Source: Bacteroides sp. CAG:545
GTDB taxonomy: Bacteria; Bacteroidota; Bacteroidia; Bacteroidales; UBA932
Assembly (NCBI GenBank): GCA_000432515.1
Contig: HF996057.1
Coordinates: 2,905 to 66,904 of the forward strand
Direction of reading: 5' to 3'
DNA length: 64,000 nt
A program made the translations under genes and the position numbers. The notes below the pieces were generated by a model, which was given only the letters and a program-made list of their open reading frames with translations, did no database searches and had not been told where the DNA came from. Positions 18,585 to 27,284 of this stretch are shown here, piece after piece (within the stretch, counting starts at the first letter, position 1; every line of letters begins with the position of its first letter).

Positions 18585-19715
18585 ATGATTATGAAAAAGT
18601 ATCATTTACTCGCAGCTGTTGCCTTCGTAGCGTTGGCAGCTTGCACCAAGAACGGACAGACCAATGTTCCTGAAATTGCTGATCCTCTCGAGGACGGGAC
18701 ACCGGTTCCGGTACTTTTCTCTGCTGTTTCCCCATCAACAGGAGTACAGGTAAAATCTGTAGGCGCAGTTGACAAGGCGTGGAGCGGTCAGGAACTCAAG
18801 ATCTACGGTTATGACAGGACAGTCACTGACTTCACAGGCGAGGCATTCATTGACAATGTCTCGGCTACAGCACCGGCTGACGGCAACAAAGGCGCTATCG
18901 AAGTGCATAACAATGCCGCTCAGAACGAGCCATTCTACTATGTTACAGGCAAATACTATGATTTCTACGGATACCACATTGACGATGCAGCTACAGGAGA
19001 GCCTGTAAAGACCGCAACATCAGTGTCAGTTCCATTCGAACTCAAAGGTTCCCAGGACCTTATGCTTGCAAAGGCTGACCAGCAGACCGATATCGACGCA
19101 GCCGGAAAGACTGACGAGGTCAATGCTGACAAAGCCTACAGTGCGTTTGCCGCAAGGCGTGGCGTTCAGCCGAACCTCCTGTTCAAACACCAGCTTACAA
19201 GATTCACTTTCGAAATCGTGGCAGGTTCCGAGGCAGGAAGCAATATCTATGTGACTGACGTGAAGATTGCTTCCAAATACAAGGGAAGTCTCGAAGTAGT
19301 AGGACAGAACAGAGGCCTTGTGGGTGTTGCAGATGAAACTGCAGAGCTTTCTCTTATGGAGAAGGGAGACAATGGTGTTCAGGCTCTTACGGAAGTTAAA
19401 CCTGAAGCTTATGTAGAAGGCAAGACGAATTACAAAGCTATTGGAGAAAGCCTTATGGTTATCCCTGGAGAGGCTACCTACAAGCTTTATGTTTCTACTC
19501 GTCAGGATGGCGTGACTACAGAAATCGCTCCTCAGGAATGGACTCTCGACATTACCAAGATAGAAGGTGCTCCGGAAGGCGCGACCAAATTCGAGGCCGG
19601 TTATTCATATAAGGTGAAGATCGTCATCTACGGTCTTGAGGAAGTAAAGATTACCGCTGAACTCGAGGACTGGAAAGAGGGCGGTTCTACTGTTCTTGAC
19701 CCGGATTTGATGTAA
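18585..19715 (+). CDS. Fimbrillin family protein (paralog 2)
   Basis: Lipobox ALAAC. Paralogous block KAYSAFAARRGVQPNLLFKHQLTRFTFEIV. Confidence 0.6.
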   Translation: MIMKKYHLLAAVAFVALAACTKNGQTNVPEIADPLEDGTPVPVLFSAVSPSTGVQVKSVGAVDKAWSGQELKIYGYDRTVTDFTGEAFIDNVSATAPADGNKGAIEVHNNAAQNEPFYYVTGKYYDFYGYHIDDAATGEPVKTATSVSVPFELKGSQDLMLAKADQQTDIDAAGKTDEVNADKAYSAFAARRGVQPNLLFKHQLTRFTFEIVAGSEAGSNIYVTDVKIASKYKGSLEVVGQNRGLVGVADETAELSLMEKGDNGVQALTEVKPEAYVEGKTNYKAIGESLMVIPGEATYKLYVSTRQDGVTTEIAPQEWTLDITKIEGAPEGATKFEAGYSYKVKIVIYGLEEVKITAELEDWKEGGSTVLDPDLM

Positions 19716-19743
19716 TTTGTTTATTGTCAATGACTTCTGAAAA

Positions 19744-20814
19744 ATGAAGAAATACATTTGCATATTAGCTTTGGCTGTGGCTTCTCTTGCCGGATGCAAC
19801 AAGGATTCTGCAAGGGAAGATGAAAATGCCTGGATACACGACGAAAGTCTGCGAGTCCCGGTACTTTTCGGTTCAGCTTCCAATATAGAAGCCACGACCA
19901 AAGCCATACAGGACGGCCTAGTCACGGGAAGTGTGATGAACAGCCTTGACGTGGGCATTGTCGGTGTCGCCGAAAAGCAGAGCGATGCCACTCCTGTCAC
20001 TTGGAGTACTGACCTCGAAGGGTCCATACTCATTGACAATCTTGGAGTTACGACTACATCCACCGGTGCTGTGGTCTTCTCTCCGAAGATTTACTATCCT
20101 TTCGGCAACAAGTACGCGTATTCATTCTACAGCTACTATCCGTACAAGAATACGGAAGGCCAGACCGCTTCAGTCGCTGACGGTGCTTACAAGATTACTT
20201 ACAATCTCGGAAACACCGACATCCTCTGGGCAAGTGCAGTGGCTCAGGATTACAATGGGACGACCGGTTTCAATGCTGCCTATTGCCGTGCCGTGAAACT
20301 CGACGGCGTGGATTCCCAGTATTATCCGAAACTTCAGTACAGCCACCTTCTGACCGCGCTCGTATTCCGCATCGTAGGCAAGGACAATGATATCGAAAAT
20401 TATGATGTCAAGGTTACCGGAATGCAGATTACCAACACTTCCAGCACGGCTACACTCTGCATTGCTGACAGCAAGGGAGAGCAGTCAGGCGTGCTTACCG
20501 GAAGTGAAGACGACGGCAGTATAGGATTCACGGATTTGGATGTGGCACCGACTGCAAACGAATCTGACCTCTGTACGATTTTGGCTATGCCTGCGAGAAA
20601 TTATACCGCGGCCATTACGCTTACTGTTGACGGCGCGAACAAGAGCACGGTCGCTCTTCCTCTCGGAAGCACGGACGGCCGTACCAAGTATGACGCCGGT
20701 TACATCTACTATTTTACAGTCACCATCAACAGCCCTCAGGAAATCACAATCGTGGAAACAGGGCTGAAAGAATGGATACCGGGTACCAATCCTACACCTG
20801 GCGGAGAAATCTGA
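19744..20814 (+). CDS. Fimbrillin family protein (paralog 3)
   Basis: Lipobox SLAGC. Paralogous block NAAYCRAVKLDGVDSQYYPKLQYSHLLTALVFRIV. Confidence 0.55.
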   Translation: MKKYICILALAVASLAGCNKDSAREDENAWIHDESLRVPVLFGSASNIEATTKAIQDGLVTGSVMNSLDVGIVGVAEKQSDATPVTWSTDLEGSILIDNLGVTTTSTGAVVFSPKIYYPFGNKYAYSFYSYYPYKNTEGQTASVADGAYKITYNLGNTDILWASAVAQDYNGTTGFNAAYCRAVKLDGVDSQYYPKLQYSHLLTALVFRIVGKDNDIENYDVKVTGMQITNTSSTATLCIADSKGEQSGVLTGSEDDGSIGFTDLDVAPTANESDLCTILAMPARNYTAAITLTVDGANKSTVALPLGSTDGRTKYDAGYIYYFTVTINSPQEITIVETGLKEWIPGTNPTPGGEI

Positions 20815-20840
20815 TTTTGAGACTGTTGAAAAAATATCTG

Positions 20841-21383
20841 ATGGCATCTGCTGTTCTGCTCGGAGTCCTTTTGGGCTTTGAGCAGCTTGCCTGTGCTCAG
20901 CAGGTTGCCCTGCGTTCCAATGTTCTGAATGGCGTATTGCTGACTCCTGATATAGGACTGGAAATGGTGACGGGCGAGCACAGTTCGTTGTCCGTATCCG
21001 TTTTCGGACACAGCAAGCCTTATGGCATTGACTCGAAACTGATTGCGGCTCAGCCGCAGTTCCGCTGGTGGTTCAATGGCAGGCCTCTGGTCCGGGAGTA
21101 TGTGGGCATCGCGGTATTGTTCTCGTCCTATGACATGTCGATGGGTGAGCGCAGCTACAAAGGTATTGCAGGCGGAATCGGTATTACAGGAGGGTATGTG
21201 TTGCCTCTGGGTAGGCGCTGGGGCGTGGAATTCTCCGGGGGCGTAGGCGTGGTCGCATTCAGTCAGAGGCGTTCGGGCCGTTATGACAGTTTCGGCGACC
21301 TGGATGGAGAGGCGCACAACTCACGAGGTTATAAGCTTATGCCGATGAATCTCGGCGTTACATTCATATATATAATGAAATAG
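20841..21383 (+). CDS. DUF3575 outer-membrane beta-barrel protein (second copy)
   Basis: The internal ATG of ORF 20772..21383 gives signal peptide MASAVLLGVLLGFEQLACAQQ. DUF3575 blocks are present: ALRSNVLNGVLLTPDIGLE, QPQFRWWF, GGIGITGGY, W.VEFSGGVG, NLGVTFIYIMK. Confidence 0.6.
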   Translation: MASAVLLGVLLGFEQLACAQQVALRSNVLNGVLLTPDIGLEMVTGEHSSLSVSVFGHSKPYGIDSKLIAAQPQFRWWFNGRPLVREYVGIAVLFSSYDMSMGERSYKGIAGGIGITGGYVLPLGRRWGVEFSGGVGVVAFSQRRSGRYDSFGDLDGEAHNSRGYKLMPMNLGVTFIYIMK

Positions 21384-21389
21384 CCGGTA

Positions 21390-23654
21390 ATGAAGAGGTA
21401 TCTGAAAATATTCCCTTTGCTTACGCTTCTGTTTTTCGTGCTTCCTCTCGGGGCGCAGGAGATGAAGCGTGTCACAGGACATATACTCGACAAGACCAGC
21501 GGCAAGCCGATTGACCTCAAACAAGTGTCCGTAAATATTTACGGTTTCAATACAGTTGCTCAGGCTGAAGATGTGAAGAAGCAGATGGACGGGGATGAAA
21601 ACACTTTCGTAGCCCCTGATTCACAGGCTTTTCCGGATGACAATGGCTATTTTGAAATCTCCATCCCGGAGACTGGCGCGCTGATTTTCAAGGCTGACAT
21701 GAAGCCTGCGGTCTTGGAGAAAGTCAATTTCCGGCTTGAGATCAATGTCAAGATCGAGATGGGCAACTATATCCGTACCAGTACAGTCACTGCGGTACGT
21801 GATCAGGTGGGAGTGCTTGACCCTCAGGGAGATATAGAAGGAAACTGGCTCAAGGCGAGGAGCACGATCGCGCTTCCTGAGAACAGCGGCAAGAGCAATG
21901 CGAGGATGATTGTCCAGCCGGTCCTGCTGGACGGTGTGACCAAGGACACTCTCCGCTATCTTAAGCCTACCGTGATGGACGGCGGGGAATATCGTCTCAC
22001 CCAGCTGAGGCGTATGAACTACAATCCTGCGCTCGATCCTCTAAATCGTTGGATATCACCGGATACGCTCACTGCATCCGCTCAAATCGTCAATTGGGCA
22101 GATACTATTTATCTGGAGGACCCGTCGAAGAACTATCAGGTGAAGGGCATCATCCAGCTCGAGGACTACAACCTCCCGTATTTCAGGAAGGACTATTTTC
22201 TCGCTTCCTCGAGACTTAGACGTCCGCTCCGTTTCCTGGAATATTCTATGGATCCGTATATGCTTGACCCTGAGCAATATCGTGAGCGGGCAAGAAGAGA
22301 AAAACGCAATACTGCCGGGAATATGTCATTGACCTTTATGGTCGGAAAAGCGCAGCTTTCGGCTGATGACGAGGTGGGGCGGCGGCAGATAGATTCCATC
22401 AAGACTGTCCTGCTGGACATTATCCATGGCGAGGGCTCGCAGCTGAAGGAGTTCCATATTACCGGTACGGCTTCACCGGACGGACCTTATGCGGGAAATG
22501 TGAACCTTGCTAAAAAACGTATGGAATACGCTCTGAATCAGATAGTTTCGGTGTTGCCTAAGGCTGTCAGGGACAGGGTGTACATGACTACTTCCGCATC
22601 TGTCGCGCCTTGGACAGATGTCGCTGAACTGCTTGAGGCTGATTCGCTTATGGTTCAGGCCAAGGCCATAAGGGATATTGTCTCGGCCAATCCGGGGACT
22701 CCCGACCGTCAATGGGGAAAGATACGGGCATTGCCATATTACCGCTCATTGATAGTGAATTACCTTCCGCGTCTGCGTTCTGTCAGGTATCAGTACGGAT
22801 ATGAGATTTTCAGAGAACTGACGCCGGCGGAAATTATGGAGCGTTACCGTTCCGATGAAGATTACAGGAGCGGGAAAAAGAAATTAGCGCTTTATGAATA
22901 CTGGCATCTGTTTCAGATGGTCAAGGACATGGATGAACTGGAGAAGCTATACAAGAGGGCTTATGATGAGTCCATAGAGGCGAACGGAAGGCCTTGGATA
23001 CTCGCAGCGAATTCACTTGCAGCATCTTACATCGCCAGAGGCGTGACTGACACTACATTGCTCAAAGGCTTCATTGACCTCCAGACTCCTTCTGTGGATT
23101 ACCGTCTGATGAGGATGGACGGGAACGGATATGAGATAGTTAACCCGGAGGCCGTGGTCGCCAATCAGATGATCATGTACGTGATGTCCAATAACTTCCG
23201 TAAGGCCGGTCAGCTCACGAATATTCTTCCGGACAATGACAGGAACCGTCTGGTAAGGGCTTTTGCTCTCTGTCTCGGAGGGTATTACAAGGGTGGCAAT
23301 ACTCCGCAGCAGCGAAGCCGTGCCCGTGAAGTGTTCGAGACTGTTTCAGAAAGTTCTTCGCTCAACAAGGTGGTGCTCTGTCTTGCCATGAATACCAAGA
23401 CCTATGATGCTCTTGCGGAGGAAGCCGTGGCCGCTTTGCCTGAGCAGGCCGCACTGACTGATTATCTCAAGGCCGTGATCTATGGCCGCAAGGGAGCCAG
23501 GACTCAGGATTTTATGGATGATATGGCGTCGGAAGATTACCTCCTGTCCTGTTTCCATAAAGATCCGGCGTTCATTGACATAGCCGCCGGGGATGGGGAT
23601 ATTGTAGAAACTATAATGAAAAGTGCACGTGACAGATATGAGAATGGGGAGTAA
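21390..23654 (+). CDS. Large secreted multidomain protein (possible DUF3868-type N-terminus, internal OmpA-like peptidoglycan-binding-like motif, helical C-terminal half)
   Basis: 754 aa with signal peptide MKRYLKIFPLLTLLFFVLPLGAQE. The internal segment ITGTASPDGPYAGNVNLAKKRMEYALNQIV resembles the OmpA C-terminal-domain signature. Its position right after DUF3575 matches the usual DUF3575-DUF3868 synteny. Confidence 0.35.
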   Translation: MKRYLKIFPLLTLLFFVLPLGAQEMKRVTGHILDKTSGKPIDLKQVSVNIYGFNTVAQAEDVKKQMDGDENTFVAPDSQAFPDDNGYFEISIPETGALIFKADMKPAVLEKVNFRLEINVKIEMGNYIRTSTVTAVRDQVGVLDPQGDIEGNWLKARSTIALPENSGKSNARMIVQPVLLDGVTKDTLRYLKPTVMDGGEYRLTQLRRMNYNPALDPLNRWISPDTLTASAQIVNWADTIYLEDPSKNYQVKGIIQLEDYNLPYFRKDYFLASSRLRRPLRFLEYSMDPYMLDPEQYRERARREKRNTAGNMSLTFMVGKAQLSADDEVGRRQIDSIKTVLLDIIHGEGSQLKEFHITGTASPDGPYAGNVNLAKKRMEYALNQIVSVLPKAVRDRVYMTTSASVAPWTDVAELLEADSLMVQAKAIRDIVSANPGTPDRQWGKIRALPYYRSLIVNYLPRLRSVRYQYGYEIFRELTPAEIMERYRSDEDYRSGKKKLALYEYWHLFQMVKDMDELEKLYKRAYDESIEANGRPWILAANSLAASYIARGVTDTTLLKGFIDLQTPSVDYRLMRMDGNGYEIVNPEAVVANQMIMYVMSNNFRKAGQLTNILPDNDRNRLVRAFALCLGGYYKGGNTPQQRSRAREVFETVSESSSLNKVVLCLAMNTKTYDALAEEAVAALPEQAALTDYLKAVIYGRKGARTQDFMDDMASEDYLLSCFHKDPAFIDIAAGDGDIVETIMKSARDRYENGE

Positions 23655-24885
23655 ATTGGTTTCGGCAGCGTTGTCGCTTGTGTTTCTGCCTCTGGGCATC
23701 CAGGCTCAGGAGGTGGATACCACGAGTTTCAATGCATTGGAATACAGTATGCAGAAACGCTATCGCCCTCGGAATGAGGCGTTTGTCTCGGAAAAATTCC
23801 TGGACAATACCTTTCTGCGTGCGGGAATGGGTACTGTGGGCCTGTTCCGCAATTCCGTGTCAAGTTATTCTCAGGGACCGTCAGTCTCAGTTTCAGTCGG
23901 TAAGATGTTTGATCCGCTTAATGCGGTAAGTGTAGGCGGAACGGTGTCTGAGTTCCGGCGCAATGTGGATGGAGTCCGTGTCTGGCGTGTCGGAGCAGGC
24001 ATTTCACACAGTTTCGATTTTACTTCATATTTCTACGGCTATTCGCCTTCAAGGATATTCAATGTCTCTACGGTAGAGGGGGCGGAAGTCTCGCTTGTAC
24101 GCACTTCCGGGAAGTATTCTGCTGCTGTTCAGGTGAATATGGGCATTGACCTGCGTGCAAGAATCGCACGTGAGATGGATATCTTCTTCACCCCTTCATT
24201 TATGCTCGGCAACGACGGTACGGATTGCCTCTATTCTCCGGACAGATGCCATATCGGTTATGGCTTCAATTTCGGCCTGCTCGCTTATTTCAACAGGTTC
24301 AATGCCGCAGGGCGCGAAGGTTTCGGGGCCTGGTTTGTCCGCGATGCGTCGATTTCTTTCTCTGGAGGTGTCCAGCTCCAGCTCGCGGACATTGTCGGAG
24401 AAACAGTAGGCTATCTTCCTTCAGCACGGGAGAGTGCAGCCCTTTCATACGCCAAACTGCTGAACGGACCGCTTTCTGTCAGACTGTCAGGGTTTTACGG
24501 TCGTGATATATGGAAGAAGTTCAATGACGGAAGACAGATGAACTGTTATTATGGCGGTGTCAGGGGAGAACTTATGTTCGAGACGCTTTATTGGCGCAAA
24601 AACAGCCGTCAGGTATTTTCAATGCCTTTGCTTCTAGGTCCTGAAGCCGGACTTATATGGAAAACAGACGACGGATATGCTATCCGCCGCCTGTATCTCG
24701 GTCTTTCTGCCGGTATTCAGTTCCGGTTCAATCTTGCCTCCCACTTCGGACTTTTCATCGAGCCGAGAATGTCAGTCGTTCCTTATTCCTGGAAGTCACG
24801 CAGCGGAAATGTTCTCGTAAAGTCATTCGCCACCTGGTATGACACGCTGTTCACTCTTCAGATGGGTGTCAATATTCCGCTTTGA
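23638..24885 (+). CDS. Hypothetical secreted protein, likely outer-membrane beta-barrel
   Basis: Signal peptide MRMGSKLVSAALSLVFLPLGIQAQE. The sequence has an alternating amphipathic beta-strand character. The start overlaps the upstream gene. Confidence 0.35.
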   Translation: MRMGSKLVSAALSLVFLPLGIQAQEVDTTSFNALEYSMQKRYRPRNEAFVSEKFLDNTFLRAGMGTVGLFRNSVSSYSQGPSVSVSVGKMFDPLNAVSVGGTVSEFRRNVDGVRVWRVGAGISHSFDFTSYFYGYSPSRIFNVSTVEGAEVSLVRTSGKYSAAVQVNMGIDLRARIAREMDIFFTPSFMLGNDGTDCLYSPDRCHIGYGFNFGLLAYFNRFNAAGREGFGAWFVRDASISFSGGVQLQLADIVGETVGYLPSARESAALSYAKLLNGPLSVRLSGFYGRDIWKKFNDGRQMNCYYGGVRGELMFETLYWRKNSRQVFSMPLLLGPEAGLIWKTDDGYAIRRLYLGLSAGIQFRFNLASHFGLFIEPRMSVVPYSWKSRSGNVLVKSFATWYDTLFTLQMGVNIPL

Positions 24886-24908
24886 CGGCTTTCCTGTTTT
24901 TCAAATCG

Positions 24909-25952
24909 TTAAAATCCCCAGTCGGATGCTTTGAATGAGCTTTTCGGCGCATTCGGTACATTGACGAAGTACTTGAAACCGGTGAGTTTCTCAAGGTCTG
25001 AAATCGACATCAGGTCCTTGGCGCTGAGCTTGTAGTTCTTTCCTTTCTGCTTTGCGGCGGTCTCATGACGGAGCACATATGCGACACATTTAAGTTCGTC
25101 AGCGGAGCACTGTGTCACTGATTTGCCTGTGTTGCCTTTTTTTGTGCGGAGCAAGGCATAATAGAACATTGTCGGCATACTGACATCTGAACGGCCTCCG
25201 AACTGAATAGTCTTTGCCTTTTGTGTCTTGCCGTAAACATCGGTGTAATCGTCGAAATAACAGCCGATTACCATATAGAGACTGTCCTGTGGGACAATTC
25301 CGTCAACATATCCTTCGAGTGTGTTCCAAGGTGCACCTCCAGTGTTGAATCCGTCTTGGTCCTGGATATTCGAATAGTAGAATACCTGGCGGTTGGTATT
25401 CGTAGAAGATGTTCTTTCGTTGGAACCGAGCATATGGCCCTTGTTACATCCTCCTCCAGTTGCTTTTGAATTGTACTGGATAGCCGAAGGAATGTCCGGA
25501 TCTTTTCTGTAGTCGTTAGTTCTGTTAGCTTGTCCTATCGGATGCAGACTGTTGTGCCTGATTGCAGCCACCCATACCGGGCAATGATGACTCTTGCTGA
25601 AGCATACGGTGTAGTTTCTTGCTCTTTTCCCGTTGTGAGCATATTTTTCCGGGCCGTTGCAGAGATGATATGCATAATACAAGTCGCTGTTTTCTGCATC
25701 AACAAGGTATTTTGTGCCTTCTTTCTTGGCATTGACGGCAGGAAGCTCGAACCATTTTGCCCCTGTGGTAACTGACGGCTCAGGGTTAGGACCAGGTTCC
25801 GGATTTGGTTCCGGTTCCTGGTCTGGATTCTCAGGTTTGTTCGGCGTTTCAATGTCGGTTTTATTGTCATCCGGCGAACATGCCACGAAAACTGGCATCA
25901 TAGTAAGTGCAAATGCGAGCACTGCCGCTGAAAGTGTCCTTTTCAGATTCAT
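24909..25952 (-). CDS. Extracellular DNA/RNA non-specific endonuclease (NUC family) lipoprotein with Pro/Glu-rich linker
   Basis: Lipobox VFVACS followed by a PENPDQEPEPNPEPGPNPEP linker. The catalytic-region motif NKGHMLGSNERTSS resembles the DRGH motif of Serratia/EndoG-type nucleases. Confidence 0.6.
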   Translation of the reverse strand: MNLKRTLSAAVLAFALTMMPVFVACSPDDNKTDIETPNKPENPDQEPEPNPEPGPNPEPSVTTGAKWFELPAVNAKKEGTKYLVDAENSDLYYAYHLCNGPEKYAHNGKRARNYTVCFSKSHHCPVWVAAIRHNSLHPIGQANRTNDYRKDPDIPSAIQYNSKATGGGCNKGHMLGSNERTSSTNTNRQVFYYSNIQDQDGFNTGGAPWNTLEGYVDGIVPQDSLYMVIGCYFDDYTDVYGKTQKAKTIQFGGRSDVSMPTMFYYALLRTKKGNTGKSVTQCSADELKCVAYVLRHETAAKQKGKNYKLSAKDLMSISDLEKLTGFKYFVNVPNAPKSSFKASDWGF

Positions 25953-25963
25953 TTCTAACTATT

Positions 25964-27166
25964 TTAAATTGTCCTGCCGGGATAAGACGCGAGGCCTTTT
26001 TCGAGGACGTCCAGGGCTTTTTCCAGTTCCGGAACTTCCAGGACATAGGCAATGCGGATATGATTCTGTCCGACTCCAGGCGTTTTGTAGAACGAGGCTG
26101 CAGGGGTTACCATCGTGGTCTGCCCCTCATATCTGAATTCGGTAAGCATCCACTTTGCGAAGTTCTCTGCATTGTCCACTGGAATTTCGGCGATTGTATA
26201 GAATGCGCCCATCGGGACAGGGGAGAATACTCCCGGCATTGCATTGAGCCTGCTGAGCATATAGTCGCGCCTTCTGATATATTCTTCCTTTACTGCTTCA
26301 AAATATGACTGCGGAGTATCCAGCGCTCCGATAGCGGCAAGCTGGCCGTAGATCGGAGGACATAGACGTGCCTGGGCATATTTCATCGCCGCGGTCATCA
26401 CGTCCTTGTTGTGTGAGATGATGCAGCCGATACGGCAGCCGCACAGATTGTACCTCTTGGAGACGGAATCGACCAGAATGACGTTCTGCTCAAGTCCGGG
26501 GATGTTCATTGCCGAGAAATGCGGCTCGTCAGTATAGCAGAACTCTCTGTAAACCTCGTCGGAAATCAGGAAGAGATCGTGCTTTTTGGCAACCTCGCCG
26601 AGCGCAAGCATGTTTTCCTTGGTGTAGAGCGTGCCTGTAGGATTTCCGGGATTGCTGATGAGGATGGCCTTGGTGCGCGGAGTGATAAGTTTCTCGAACT
26701 CAGACATTTCCGGGACTTTGAATCCGTTGCGGATGTCTGTCGGCACAGCCTTCAGCGTGATGCCGTTCATGAAAGCGAACGTGTTGTAGTTCGTGTAGAA
26801 CGGTTCCAGCACAATGACTTCGTCACCCTCGTCGCAAGTAATCTGAAGGGACAGGTTCACGCCTTCGCTTCCCGCCACTGTGACGATGAGCTCAGGAACT
26901 TCAATGTCGATTCCGATTTTCTTGTAGTACTTTTCTACAAGTCCTTTGCGCAGCTCTATCAGACCTGCCGAATTTGAGTAGGATACGTGGTCCAATGTGT
27001 TCTGGCGTACTGCTTCCAATGCGCACTCAGGGGATTTGATATCCGGCTGGCCGACATTGAGATGATAGACTTTTATACCTGAAGATTTTGCGGCATCCGC
27101 GAATGGAACCAGTTTTCTGATGGCCGATGCGGGCATCAGTTCAGACTTGCGGGAGATTTTTGTCAT
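25964..27166 (-). CDS. Pyridoxal-phosphate-dependent aminotransferase (class I/II)
   Basis: The internal ATG at 27166 gives MTKISRKSELMPASAIRKL. The PLP-lysine motif SVSKRYNLCGCRIG (SxSKxxxxxGxRxG) is present. Confidence 0.8.
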   Translation of the reverse strand: MTKISRKSELMPASAIRKLVPFADAAKSSGIKVYHLNVGQPDIKSPECALEAVRQNTLDHVSYSNSAGLIELRKGLVEKYYKKIGIDIEVPELIVTVAGSEGVNLSLQITCDEGDEVIVLEPFYTNYNTFAFMNGITLKAVPTDIRNGFKVPEMSEFEKLITPRTKAILISNPGNPTGTLYTKENMLALGEVAKKHDLFLISDEVYREFCYTDEPHFSAMNIPGLEQNVILVDSVSKRYNLCGCRIGCIISHNKDVMTAAMKYAQARLCPPIYGQLAAIGALDTPQSYFEAVKEEYIRRRDYMLSRLNAMPGVFSPVPMGAFYTIAEIPVDNAENFAKWMLTEFRYEGQTTMVTPAASFYKTPGVGQNHIRIAYVLEVPELEKALDVLEKGLASYPGRTI

Positions 27167-27247
27167 TTTGTTACGTTTTAATTTAACTATTACCGTTTTA
27201 GTTAAAAAATATATCCTATATAGTGATGCAAAGATAGTGATTTTTTT

Positions 27248-27255
27248 TACCTTTG
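27248..27255 (+). promoter_or_regulatory. TAnnTTTG -7 box (TACCTTTG) about 30 bp upstream of the glnA start, in the divergent aminotransferase/glnA intergenic region
   Basis: Consensus match in the AT-rich intergenic region. Confidence 0.5.
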
Positions 27256-27284
27256 TGGACGTACTTAACAAAATCAACAACATT

